From: Octopus bimaculoides
Taxonomy: Eukaryota
Length of the DNA stretch: 63,634 bases
Assembly: GCF_001194135.2 (NCBI RefSeq)
Contig: NC_068998.1
Coordinates: 570,186 to 633,819, forward strand
Direction of reading: 5' to 3'
The position numbers and the translations under genes were made by a program. Each line of letters opens with the position of its first letter. Positions within the stretch are counted from its first letter, which is position 1. This document shows, one piece after another, positions 25,500 to 39,015 of the stretch. The notes under the pieces are model-generated. The model saw nothing but the letters and a program-made list of their open reading frames with translations, was not told the origin of the DNA and made no database searches.

Positions 25500-26614
25500 A
25501 ATATTTAGCACCAGGAGAAGCAATAGAATTATGTCTAACAACCTAAAGATGTTCATTGAAGGGTTAAAGATCTTTTTAAAAATATTTTTCACAATTCATC
25601 TTATATTAACAAAGAAACAAAATTTGTTATCTATCTTATTGCTTTCTACACTCTCTGGAAATATACGCTTATATATATATATATACGCACACACACATAT
25701 GCAACCCCCCTATATTTTTTACATGTAACCTCACAAAGATATTCTCCTAATCTTTTATGACAATACCCTCTCCAATACATCTGTTATTCTTTAACCATTG
25801 TTCTCTCAATTACTTTACCATTTCTCTCCTTAGTCTTTCACATTTATTATTCCACACATATATTCTGGTCATTACTTTCATTTCCAGTTAGAAATTTATT
25901 CAATATTTTCTTTATCTGTCTACCAGTTATTTTTTATATTATTGATCTCTTCCCATTTTACCTTTTTTCATTTATTTCATTCTCTCATCTTTGAATATTC
26001 ATGTCTACCCATGCCTGGTAGGTTTCTCTCTTAATAAAAACCCAATTCCATTTTTTTATTATTATTTTTTTTTTCCCATTTATGTTTGTTGGTTATTTAC
26101 CGTTGTCTTTATGAATATTAAAATGAAACCAGTGGAATGATAGAAAATCTAATTCTTGCTTGCCTGATGGAATGGTGAGGAACTGTGACTACCAAACATT
26201 ATGGCTCTACGAGATTCATGAATATGCTTCTTTCATGAAAGTGGAACAATGTTAGAAATAAACAAATTGAAGGCAATTTCATGAAGGAATTTAGACTTTG
26301 TCTGATTGCAATCAGTTCTGCGTGGAGTGGGGGGGGGGGAGATTCCACCTATTAATAACTCTTCTCCCTCACCACCACCCTATACAACTTTAAACAGGTT
26401 GCCATGGATACAGCCTAAAAGCCAGTGTCCCACCAATAGGGTCTCTCGTGATTAGTCCCTGTCACTGATTGTTCTACATCTGGTCAATTGTGGTTCCTCT
26501 TTCAGGGATGTCTGTGTTGTTACTCTGAAAATGGTAACTGTAGAAGATCTTGTGTTGAGAGCAAGAATTTTATTTTCTGACTATTGTCTTCTGAAATCTT
26601 CTGTAAAGTGGTAA

Positions 26615-26698
26615 GCTGGGGAGCTGCACCAGGTTCCAATCTGATTTGGTATGGGTTCTACAGCTGAATGCCCTTCCTAACACCAACCACTCTAAGAG
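26615..26698 (-). mobile_element. RTE-tail element fragment, antisense
   Basis: CTGCACCAGGTTCCAATCTGATTTGG...CTACAGCTGAATGCCCTTCCTAACACCAACCACTCT. Confidence 0.7.
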
Positions 26699-28059
26699 AA
26701 AAGAATTCAACAGAAGCCACGATGTAACTGGCCAGGCATAGCTGACCACTATTTAGGCTTTTAAATATCACCTCAGACATTACTGACAGGTATTTAACAT
26801 TACACCCCTAAATAACACCCCCCTCCTACATATACAATTACAGTCCATCACTACCCCACACCCAGTTAGGGTCCAATCAAGACCCCAGAGAGTAAGTAAT
26901 TGTTGTCTCTGCTTTCCTCTTTTCAACTCCGAAAGGACAAAAATTTCAATATAAACAAGGCAGACAATGATATAATTATGATTAAACATCGTTGATAGTA
27001 AGATAAATACTTTTAATAATTATGAGGGAAAAGTCATACCCCTCCCCACTACCACCACCACCACCTCCTCCTCCTCCTCCTTACCATTCTCTCGGGCCTA
27101 GAAAAGCAGATTAAATGAGGTCAATGTTTTTGTAGAATCTCATTTGTTGGCTTTCAACTGTTGGAATTGCAGTCGCAACTGATAAGTCAATGAGAAGTCA
27201 ACATCATTGACAAGAGAGAGAGAGGTTATTAGAACATTGGTATATCTTTATCCTCCTTCTAATCACCCATCTTAGTCCCCTTCTCCTAAAATAAACACTT
27301 TCCCCAAACATCTGTTGATTGAAACAGAAATGCCCCCCCCCCCCCCGCAGGTCATAGCAATCTTGTACAAAATTCAGAAAATGGTATTCATTATCAATAT
27401 CTTTTTTTTTCATTACTGAAGACTAGGTTTTGGGGATTCACAATCCTGATAACAAAATCTGCAATAGTCAAGGGCTCTACTCCACCTTTTAGTCGTAAAT
27501 CAAATGTTAACCAAATGTAGTTTCCTGCCCTATGTGTGGAGCTCAACATGCTAGAAACACCAACCAAATTTGCCTTAAAAATAGAGAAGACACCCAGAAA
27601 GATGAAGTATAAGTTTTACTGTGTGTGATAAAAGGACAGAGGAGGATCACTTCTGCAACTCTTTTGATCATAGGCCTGCTCGGTCAGGTCTGACCTGGGG
27701 CTAAAAAACAACAACATTTTCTTCAATAAACAAGATGCTTTATTGTAATTTATAGCACAAATATTCCATTGAAACTTGCCCCTCCGTTACTCTTGCATTC
27801 CAACCATCTTCACAAAGACTGGAAATGGATGGAATATATTGTGGTAAGCAGAAGAGGGAGGGGGTGAGACAGCATGTAGAATGTCTGCTGTTCTCTTGTG
27901 GAACAGCTGGAATTTGGTTAAATGTCACTTGGCAGTCATATGACAAAAACAATGCCAATCCACCCTGGAAACCGAGGGGGTTGGTGGCGGAGGAAGGGTT
28001 AATTAAAACTAAATTCTACTTCATAGTTTTGTTAATTAACATACATAGCTTATTTAAGG

Positions 28060-28241
28060 TGGCAAGCTGACCGAATCCTTGCCTCGATGGGCAAAATGCT
28101 CAGCAGTATTTTATCTGTTCTAAGTTCAACTTTGCCTTTCATCCTTGTGAGGTCAGTAAAGTACCAGCAATGCACTGGGGTTGATGTAATCAACTTACCC
28201 CTCCCTCCAAATTACTGGCCTTGTGCCAAAATTTGAAACTA
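28060..28241 (+). mobile_element. SINE family 1 copy
   Basis: GGCAAGCTGACCGAATC...CTTTGCCTTTCATCC...GTACCAG...CACTGGGGTTGATGTAATC...GGCCTTGTGCCAAAATTTGAAA. Confidence 0.8.
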
Positions 28242-28699
28242 CATTACTGAGTGACCTATTTATATTGAGATGGAATGTGTTGGTGAGAGTTAAGTGTCTG
28301 GGGTATGAGTGTGTGTGTGTGTATGCATAGTATCAGTGCTCCCACTAACTACTTTTGTGACTACCACATCGGATAACAGAAACAATATGTTGCATCACTG
28401 ATTCTATTTAAACTTCTATTTCAACTTCGTCCATGACAATTGGTGTAGATTAATCATACATAGCAGCTATTTAACCCTGGGTCAGCTCTGATTGAGCAGA
28501 CTCATTATCAAAGATGTTCGATTTTTTTTGTTTGCAGTTTCTAGTACTTCATGTGTCCACTTAAGAGTTTTCCTTTGCATAGCTGCATGCTGTGAGGTGG
28601 TAAGAACCCGTTGGGGTCACCAAGGGAGCCACTGAATATATCAGTGCCATGTAAAACTTGCTGAGACCATTATTCTATCTAAGCTCAATATTTGAACTG

Positions 28700-28897
28700 A
28701 CTACTTTGCAGCATTTTGTCTGTCTTTACATTCTGAGTTCAAATTCCATTAAGGTTGACTTTGCCTTTCATCCTTCCAGGGTCGATAAATCAAGTACCAG
28801 TGAAACACTGGGGTCAATGTAATTGACTAGTCCCCTCCCCCCAAATTTCAGGTCTTGTGCCTGTAGTAGAGAGGATTATTATTATTATTATTATTAT
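28700..28897 (+). mobile_element. SINE family 1 copy with (ATT)n tail
   Basis: TTCTGAGTTCAAATTCC...GACTTTGCCTTTCATCCTTCCAGGGTCGATAAA...GTAGAGAGGATTATTATT. Confidence 0.8.
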
Positions 28898-29624
28898 GTA
28901 ATCTAATATGTTTACACATTTGGTGTGAGAAACAGTAATAATAATAACAACAACAACAATAATGGTAAGATGTTATTTTAAAAAAATGAAAATATAAAAA
29001 AAGAGGTCATTTGTCAGCAGAGTTCTTCAAGAAACGTGGCACCAATTTGTTTGTGATGGGGTGGGAAGAGGAAGGGGTTCTTTTTTTTTCTCTCTGCCTC
29101 CCCTCATTTCTTTCACATTTGCCATTCTCGACTCTGGAAACCTTATACTCTGCTAGAATTTCATCGTTTTTCCTTGTTTTTGCTTTTGTCTGAATTTCTG
29201 TATAAATTTTTTGAAGACCATGAAGGAACTTCCTTTATAGATTTTTGCTGATTTCATGAGAGCTGAGAGGAATTTTATGCTTTTGGAGTAAATGTAGTGT
29301 GAAATATTTGATTGGGTCTGTGTTGTACCAATGTACCGTCAATATACAGTTCGACCGATATTAGAGGCTGAAAGACATCCAGTCACTGCCAAAATGTAAA
29401 TTCTAACCTTAGATGAAGAAAGTAAGTTAATATTTATTTATTGATGTTCTTCCTTCACAACTCTATAATATATGTATGTGTGTATACATACATACATACA
29501 TATATATATGTATACATATGTGTGTATACACACACTTACATACGCACATATACACACACCAATATATGATTATTCAACTAACAGAATGTCTGTTTATTAA
29601 TTTTATTTTATATCTATCTGTCTG

Positions 29625-29669
<45 letters not shown>

Positions 29670-29679
29670 NNNNNNNNNN

Positions 29680-29730
<51 letters not shown>

Positions 29731-30159
29731 GTAGCATTAAACCTTCCTTTCATCAAGGATGTTGGTCTTTTGAAATGGCTGTTTCTTCTTAACAACAACA
29801 CTGAAAAAAATGTCTGTTCTGGAATCGAACCTGTCACCCATGCACTTGGAATATTCGCCACTCAGCTGTTTCTCCTTTCCATAAACTGTTTCCGATTTAG
29901 ACATAAGGCTAACAATGTTAGGGGAAGGCTTCTATTTCTAGCAACTTCTTCACTAATTCAGCATCAATGTCTGTGATTGTTGTTTGTGACAATGTCCCAG
30001 ATCTGTTGTTAGCTTAGTTTTGGAAAAGGGGGTAGTGGTGGGGGGTGACTGATCAAAGTATAACTGTTGCTGCCTACTGTCCCTGACAAGGAACCTTACC
30101 CCATTTCTGTCATATTCCACAGTTATATAAGAAACAGTGTGTGTGTGTGTGTACATATA

Positions 30160-30198
<39 letters not shown>

Positions 30199-30496
30199 TA
30201 CAGATACAGTGGGGGCTGGGTCGGTTGCCAGGAGTTAAGAAGTTTATCTGTCTCTAGCACAGTGCTATGTTGTCTAACCAGAGGCAGCGCTCTGCAATAT
30301 ATTGGTGTTTTGGTAAACTTGCAGTTATGAGTTCACACTCTCTCTTGGCTAGAGTTTCGATGGAGAATCGCTCAGACAGGCAACGATACCTCCACCACAT
30401 ACAAAGACATAAAACAAATATGGACATTATTTTAGGTTTTTAAGATTTTCTTTAAAACCATTTCTACTCTTCGTTATTGCATTATTATTGTCTCCA

Positions 30497-30540
<44 letters not shown>

Positions 30541-31260
30541 CGCACACACACACACACACCCTGTCGAAGCCAGGTACGAAATGATCTAAGGGGAATAACT
30601 CTTTATCTAATCTATGCTACTGTTATTTTAGTATTTCTCCACTTCTCTCTTCTTCTTCTTCTTCTCGCTATTCCAGCTTTCTCTCTCTCTCCCTCTCTCT
30701 CTCTCTCTTTCACACACACATCATCCCTCTTTCTCTCAATTCCCGTTGAGTAAATACAGACACCACGGTCAATAGTTCAATTCCAGCCGACATCAAGCAC
30801 CCCTAATCTAGCCATGTCTATATCCCCCTTCTCCCTTCCAATACATGGTGGTCTTCAGTATTTTTAATTAAAAATGTTCTTTTATTAAAGATCAGAAAAA
30901 AAAACCCATTATTTCATTTAATCTTACGGCTATTTTTATTGATTTGTTTCAGAATTATTTGTGTTGAATACCACCACCGCAGCAACTGTTACAATCACTT
31001 TTTTTCCTTTTTATATACACCATCACTAGTACTACTACTATTACTACTACTACTACTACTACTACACATACCAGATAACCTTAAACATATGGCCAAGGTG
31101 CCTGGAAATCAAAACAAAGTACTCAATGTAGTTCAAGGCAGAGTGTGTTATTTTATACTTCAAAGGTTACACATAACATGTTTCATCTGGTTTCAAGTCT
31201 GGTACTAAACCACAGACATTGGGTAGCCATCCAATTAATACACAGACTGACACAGAGGGA

Positions 31261-31313
<53 letters not shown>

Positions 31314-31751
31314 TATGTGGAGAGAGAGAGAAAAATAAGTGTATTTATTTATGTACCTCTGTGTGTGCATGTGTATTGTACATATGTGTGTGTGTGTGTG
31401 TTTAGTGCACATTTATAGACAAACAGACTGACACTCCTATGTGTTTGTTTAGACAATTAATGTTTGGTTGTTTTGTTGTTAGATGAAGCACAATGATATT
31501 ACCGAAAGCATCGATTTGCTTCTCCCTCCACACAACCCGGCTACAATAAGAGAGACCCTTGAAGGCTGCTTCACTTCATGAAAAGAGCAGCAAGATTTCC
31601 CTTGTGTTTTTTATGATATCTAAAACAAAGTCACATCGAATAATGTAGTCTAGGTACACCACGCCTGATAAAAGAAATCGAATGGCCATGGATGGCATGT
31701 CTTTATGAAGACTACTTGATCAGGAGTGACCCAGGGCTAACAACAACCATG

Positions 31752-31910
31752 CTGTGGAGTGGTTGGCATTAGGACAGGTGTCCAGCTGTAGAAACTATGC
31801 CAAAACAACAGACATTGGAGTCTATGCAATCCTTGGATACATTGGATCCTGTTAAACCATCCAACCCACGCCAGCATGGAACACAGATGTTAAATGATGA
31901 TGATGATGAT
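31752..31910 (+). mobile_element. Short element sharing the RTE LINE 3' tail (GAT)n
   Basis: GGAGTGGTTGGCATTAGG...TCCAGCTGTAGAAAC...CCAACCCACGCCAGCATGG...TTAAATGATGATGAT. Confidence 0.8.
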
Positions 31911-32948
31911 ATATTCAGGTGTCATATCAAATATTTGTTATTTGCTGATATTTTTACTCAGGTGACCCACAATCAATGACAACAATTTGCAAAACTCTTC
32001 CTGATTTCAATCAAACGTTCTACTGGCCAATATTACACTCTCCAACAACTCATTGTTGTAGCACTCTACAAATATCATTCTTCCATGCATTCAGAAATTC
32101 TCTGCCTTGATTACCTTTCATTATAATACTCCTTGTAGAAAACTGAACAAGTAAACCATCTTCTTTTACTGCTAATAATAGCTTCATGCTTCCCATTTCT
32201 TTATCTCACTCTACTGATTCCGTAGTAAACACACACTGTACAAAGAGCAATCTTTTCATTGTCTCACACATCTTCCCGTCTATCAGTTTTCTTTTTTCCT
32301 TATGAAATTACATTTGTTTCTTCTTCAACTGATTGTTACAATGACCTTTATGTGTGTGTATGCAGCTGTCAACAATTACAGCTGCACAAGTGTTTTCTTA
32401 TTTACAATATATGGAGGTTGGATTAAAACACTTAGACAACCAATAACAAGTAATAACAGTAATCCAAAGGGGAACAAAAAAAGGAGCCTCTATGTTGTTG
32501 AGATGAGAATAGAATAGATTAAAGTCCTTCTGCTGGTTGTCAACCGAACTCTCTTCTCGAGTCTGTTGGTGCCTCTCTTCACTGTTGGTTATTTGTTGTC
32601 TATAAAATTCTTTCAGCACCATTCTTAGGGGAGACAAAATAGAAGAGTGGGGCCTGATTTTTTGCATATATTTCTTGTGAACTTGTTGTGTTAATGATGT
32701 TGAGTGAGGAGTGGCAGGGAGTGTCCTGAGCGAGAGCTAACTCTGAGTCTGAGTAGGAGTTGACCTCCTTCTGTGAGTGCGTTCAGTGAAAAGTAAGTTC
32801 TGTAGAAGCCGAGTCTGGCAAAGATGCAATTCCTAATTCTTCTCAATGGCTCAATGAGAGTGGGATGGAGAAGTTATCTGTGATGGCCCTTGGTGGGAAG
32901 GAAAACATATCTGGCCTGAATACAGCAGGAGGAGGAGGAGATTGTGGT

Positions 32949-32994
<46 letters not shown>

Positions 32995-33084
32995 CATGTG
33001 TTGGGAGTGATAAAGCAGACAATGGATTAACTGGGTCATTTCATTTACTCTTTCAAGCAGGATGATGGATTTGTAGAATTGATC

Positions 33085-33258
33085 AAGTGTTGGACAAAAG
33101 GCCTTGCAGTGTTTCTTTTGGCTTTTAAAGTTCTGAGTTCAAATCCTACCAAGGTCAAGTGCTCCTTTCAATAAAACAAAATACCAGTCAAGTACTGGTT
33201 GATAGTATCAACTAACCCCTCCCCTCAAAATTACTGGTCTTCTACCTAAATTAAAAAC
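33085..33258 (+). mobile_element. SINE family 1 copy, degraded
   Basis: TTCTGAGTTCAAATCC...AAGGTC...TACCAGTCAAGTACTGG...CCCCTCCCCTCAAAATTACTGG. Confidence 0.7.
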
Positions 33259-34103
33259 GTTTACTTACTGTACCTTGTGGTATTAGTACTTTGGACAAGG
33301 ATGTACACCTCCAAGTCAAGTTATCTTCTGTGAGCAACCAACACTCGATCAAAACTTTCAGAACATTTTCTATCGTAAGCCAAACTGAAATATGATCCAC
33401 AGTTTAAAGGAGGACAAAAGTAACTGAGTGATTTATCAAGAGAATAACTGCAAATAGTGAGGATTGTTTTGTAAATTTATAGACCCTTGCAACCTTGCTA
33501 AGAAAAAAGTGATACATTGTGAGGATAACTAAACAGCCACTTTCAACATTACCATCACCACTAATTGCAACATAACAGTCACCATTACTACTACCACCAC
33601 CATTGCTGCAATAGTCCTTACTACACCATCACCACCAACTCCCTAAACCCTCGTGTTTTCTTACTTTCAATGAAATTATTCAGAAACATTGTACAAGTAA
33701 GGCAAGACATTTTCTTGTTCCTTAATTCCAATTTGGAAGTCATTTCTCTCTCACAGCAATTTTAGCATCTTCCCACCCCCGACACACACCACTACCATTG
33801 TTTATTTCAGTTGTTTACTGCCATAGGCAGCTTTCTTTCAGCCACCCCCACCACTACCATTTTCACCACCACCACCACCACCATCTTTCTGTAGTCATTA
33901 GCAACAACATATCAATGTGATCTTCCTATTTCAAAAGGTGAGATTCCGAAATAGATAGTCTACAACAGTTGGCATTCGAGCTTTTTAGAATCAAAATNNN
34001 NNNNNNNNNNNNNNNNNNNNNNNNNNNNNNNNNNNNNNNNNNNNNNNNNNNNNNNNNNNNNNNNNNNNNNNNNNNNNNNNNNNNNNNNNNNNNNNNNNNN
34101 NNN

Positions 34104-34156
<53 letters not shown>

Positions 34157-34355
34157 GCACTCGCACTCGTGTACATATTTAAGGGTGACTCTGTATGAGT
34201 CACTGCTCAGGGTTTCTCCTTCCAATCTCAGGCCACAGAGAGGCAATGACAAACTCAGGAGTCACAACACAGACTCAGCTTTAAATAATCTTACTTCACA
34301 GTTTAATTGCTGTTCACATCAGTGAGAAACCACAGGCATATGTTTATATTACACA

Positions 34356-34391
<36 letters not shown>

Positions 34392-34587
34392 ATGTTCTTG
34401 TCTATACATTTTATGATGATTGTAAATGAGCTGTTTCCAGTCTTTTGTGAACAATATCTCTTGCTATGGAAGAATATTACCTTTGCTCGGGAACAGGTGA
34501 GGGTTGGCAACAGGAAAGGCATCCAGTTACAGAAAATCTGCCTCAGGCAAGCATTGAAAATGGACATGTAAACAAGAATGATGACAA

Positions 34588-34629
<42 letters not shown>

Positions 34630-34863
34630 GTGTGTGTGTGTGTGTGTGTGTGTATACATACATATATACTTACACACACTCTCACACATGTCAATGAGTT
34701 GACATAGTCATTGATCTATCATCAGGTGCAATGCCTTACCGTATTTATTCGGTTCCCTTTATTCAAATCTCAGGCTATTTTGGTCAATAAAGTGCCAGTT
34801 GAGTACAGGGAAGTGTTTTTTCACTATTGATAATTACAATACTCTACACATTATATTTTCCGA

Positions 34864-34877
34864 TATACATACATATG

Positions 34878-34943
<66 letters not shown>

Positions 34944-35101
34944 CATACATATATATGTATATATATATATATATATATACATATATATACATACATATAT
35001 ATATATATACATACATATACTATATATATATACATACATATATATATATACATACATATACTATATATATATACATACATACATATACTATATATATATA
35101 C

Positions 35102-35174
<73 letters not shown>

Positions 35175-35190
35175 TATATACATACATACA
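34864..35190. repeat. Complex (TA)n/(TACA)n microsatellite
   Basis: Directly visible; source of the YIYIYI ORFs. Confidence 0.95.
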
Positions 35191-35347
35191 CTCTGTAGAG
35201 TGGTTGGCATTAGGAAGGGCGTCCAGCAGCAGAAAAACCATGCCAAAACACACATGGAACTCAGGCAGCTCTTCAGCTGACCGGATCCTGTCAGACCGTC
35301 CATCCATGCCAGCAAGGAAAACAGACGTCAAATGATGATGATGATGA
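35191..35347 (+). mobile_element. Short element sharing the RTE LINE 3' tail
   Basis: GAGTGGTTGGCATTAGGAAGGGCGTCCAGC...CATGCCAGC...ACAGACGTCAAATGATGATG. Confidence 0.8.
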
Positions 35348-35725
35348 TCATCATCATCATCATGACAATGATGATGAATCTGCTGTTGTATGTAATCTGT
35401 TCTCCATGCAATCAAGTTTCAAACAATACTTGACTTATTTCCATGTTATTCAAGAAAGGGGGTGGGTGGGGGGCAACTCTCAGAACCTCCTCGTTATAGC
35501 AACTAATTGGACTGAAACATTTTACTGCATACAATCCCCACCCACTCACACACATCTATTTTTAGCTACCCATCTCTTTCCCATTTTCTTCTACACACCA
35601 CACACATACATGCACACACACATACATGCACACACACACACACATACATGCACACACACATACATATACGCATACACACAATATTGTGGAAAAAATTTTT
35701 TGTCGTATTTTTTTTACTATATATT

Positions 35726-35770
<45 letters not shown>

Positions 35771-36306
35771 GTGTGTAGTTGAAATTTCCGGAGCTGTGAT
35801 ATTCAGTTACCAGCAGATATGAGTTCAGATTTTACAAGTGTTTGTTGTTCTATCCATGAGATTGTGCCCAGTGCTAGAAATAGAAACCAAATGACGGGAG
35901 AATTAACCTTGAAGAGGGGTGTATAATTACTCTCATGTCCCCTAATTATGACCTTTATGCAGATTTTTTTATTTCTTCATTTGTTATTTCAGCTAATTTA
36001 GTTACACCAATCATTTTAGAGTGGAGTGTGTAAATTGAGTGATGTTAGGAAGGGCCTCCAGTCAGAGCAACCTTCTAAAAAAACTGAACTGGGTTCCAAC
36101 CCATATAGAAGGGCAGTAATTCCAAAGAGGAACTGAGTCTGAAAACCTGTGCACTCCATTGCTCAACAGAGTAAAGCAAACGGACAATAGCAGTGGTTGT
36201 TGTAGTTCTTCTTCTGATTCTTCTTTTTGGTAAGCTGGGCAAAATGATCAGCAGCATTTCGTCCATCTTTGCATTCTAAGTCCAAATTCTACCAAAGTTG
36301 TTATTA

Positions 36307-36487
36307 AGCTGGCAGAATTGTTACGATGCTGGATGAAATGCTGAGTAGAATTTTGTCCATTATTATGTTCCAAGTTCAAATTCCGTGTGGGGGGTCACCT
36401 TTGCCTTTCATCTTTTTCAGGATGTTAAACTAAGTACCATTTGACCACTAAGGTGGATGTAATCAACTCCCCTCCCCTCAAAATTCC
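36307..36487 (+). mobile_element. SINE family 1 copy (another head fragment lies just upstream, about 36240-36300)
   Basis: AGCTGGCAGAATTGTTA...AAGTTCAAATTCC...TTTGCCTTTCATC...AAGTACCA...CCCCTCCCCTCAAAATT. Confidence 0.8.
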
Positions 36488-36555
36488 AATAATGTTTGTT
36501 TCAAATATTATTGGAGATATGAGAGGCAGACGAAGTGGTATTTGGTTATGTCATA

Positions 36556-36711
36556 TTCTTTTATACTCTAGGTACAAGGCCCGAAATTTGGGGGGGAGGG
36601 GGCCAGTCGATTAAATTGACCCCAGTACGCGACTGGTATTTAATTTATCAACCCCAAAAGGATGAAAGGCAAAGTGAACCTCGCTGGAATGTAAAGACAG
36701 ATGAAATACCA
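36556..36711 (-). mobile_element. SINE family 1 copy, 5'-truncated and lacking the B-box, with 14-bp TSD
   Basis: GGATGAAAGGCAAAGTGAACCTCG body on the reverse strand; TTGGTTATGTCATA at 36542-36555 and 36712-36725. Confidence 0.85.
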
Positions 36712-37560
36712 TTGGTTATGTCATACTGAGAATCAGCTAATTTAACTCATGGGAAGTGGTGTAGTGATGGTAGTGTTGTGTCACCGCTATTCTTCCATAC
36801 ATGATTCTGCCTTCAAGCTTTGTAGGTGGTGGAGTGATAATGTTATGTCACTGCTGTTGTTCCATACGTATTCCTGTCATCCATTCTTGTTGTATTTCTT
36901 CCATTGAGACATTTTTTTTTGAAAATCTTGATATGCAGTTTACAGGAAGGTTGTGGTGGTGGAACGATTGGCGATGGTTGAGTGATGGTTGAATGGTGCC
37001 GAAGATGGAGACGTGGAAAAGAATAACAGAAACAAGAAGCATGTATGGTGACAGAAGGGAGTGTGGGGTGGGGGTGAGGAAAAGGAGAAAGGACAATAAC
37101 GACAAGATGTAAATTAGTTCTTTTGGAAGAGGGGGAAGAAGGTGGGGGTGTAGCAGGGGTAGCCAGAAGGGTAGCAACAACCATAATCATACTTTGGTAG
37201 AGTTTTACACGTGGTAGATTAGGTGTGGTAGTAGTAGTAGTAACAGTAACTGACTGACTGTAGAGTAGTGTTTGTGTGGTGGTGGTGGTGGTGGTGGTGG
37301 TGGTGGTGGATGAAGTAACACAACAGACAATGGAAACTGTCACCATACAGCGACAAAACAAGTCTTCCTATTAGAAAGCCAATGTTGTCTCCGTAAGAGA
37401 AAACACAGCCTCATTCCACATTGTTTTTGTTTCACTGCAACGGCAGAGTCATCAATCTGGGGCTACATCTGGTGGCTAGCGACCTCCCTGTCTCTCTATC
37501 TTCATCAACTGTCTATCTACCTACACACACACACTCTCTCTCTCTCTCTCTCTCTCTGTG

Positions 37561-37644
<84 letters not shown>

Positions 37645-38687
37645 AATATATATGTATATATATTTGTATACATAACACCAGATCGTTAGAAACAAAGCTA
37701 TCATTTGACAACATAGACAAGCGGCTCGACATGCCTGTATTTGTTTCTTTTTTGTTTTTTTTTCCATTAACTACTTTCCTCCTTCGCATCCATATCTAAC
37801 TGTTCGTCTCTCTACACTTCCATCCATTCATCCATCTATTTATTTGTTTATCTCTCTATCCCCCCTTCTCTCTCTCTCCATCTATTATCTTTCACCCTAT
37901 CTACATAACTCTCCGTCTATCTGTTCCTACTGTAAGAATGGTTGAACCAGAGTAGCTAGCGACCTTCCTTCCTTCCTCCTCCTCCTGTGGAGTGTCACCT
38001 ACCTACCTACCACCTGGATTACCAGGTAAGAGATGATGCTACAGTCGACGTCACAACACTGCTAGTCTCCGTGCGCGCGCGCGCTTTGTATGCACAATTT
38101 TATATATATTTATATATGAACGATAATCTCTGTGTATGAGCATATATATTTCAAGTGTATCTCTATATAATATTGTATGTGTGTGTGAATCAATAGGGAT
38201 CAATATATATGTGAGAAGGAGGGGGTGTACGCATATGCACACACACACACACACACACACGTATACACAAATATTAGTCCATACACGCACACAGAGAACC
38301 TCATATACTAACATATACACAAGAACACACACACATGTATATCTACACCCACACAGTTGCAACTACATACATCTACACATACAACTGCCAATACAAACAT
38401 CCACACACAACCATTGGAATGTCTACAGTCCTGTCTATTTGCTTATAAGCAATATTTCTGCCTTTATATCTCTTGGTATTATTTGCCAAATACCAATGTA
38501 CGAAATGTACCAATATTTTAGTGCCACCGTTAGTCATTTAGTAAATAACAATGTACCACATGTACCAATATTTCACTGCCACAATTAGTCGCTTGGCCTT
38601 CTACAAGAATGACAGTAATTTCCATGGCAGCAGCTTTGTGGCTAGAACTATTTGGAAAATCAGGAAGAAAAAGAAAGAGGTAAGATG

Positions 38688-39015
38688 TGGTGGTGGTGGT
38701 GGTGGATGTGATGGTTGTGGGTATTGGTGGTGGTGGTGGTGGTGGTGGTGGTGGGTGATGAGTTTGATGGTAAAAATGGTGTTCTATGTGGAGGAGGTAG
38801 TTAATGTAGTGGTTGTTGTAATAATGGTATGGTGATGATGGCGGTGTGGGGGTGGTGGTGGTGGTGATTAGTAAGGTTAATATGGATGATAGCGGCAGTG
38901 GAGATGTTGTCATTGATAGTGGTGATGGGTGGTGATGGTGGTGGCGGCGGCATAGATGTGTTGGATGATGTGGATGATAGCAGCAGTGATGATGATGATG
39001 ATGATGATGATGATT
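38688..39015. repeat. Cryptic (GGT)n/(GAT)n low-complexity tract; similar tracts near 4160-4300 and 36930-37310
   Basis: Directly visible; source of the His/Pro/Thr-rich pseudo-ORFs. Confidence 0.85.

Noticed and set aside
26506-26610. PDZ-like exon (VVTLKMVTVEDLVLRARIL versus CASK GITLKMNELNHCIVARIM)
   Set aside because: The similarity is superficial and in the wrong phase, and it would precede the missing ALLxxHD exon.
34799-35415. Long ORFs such as 34799-35335 and 35020-35415, and all [16 protein letters not shown] and X-rich ORFs
   Set aside because: These are translations of microsatellites or N-gaps.
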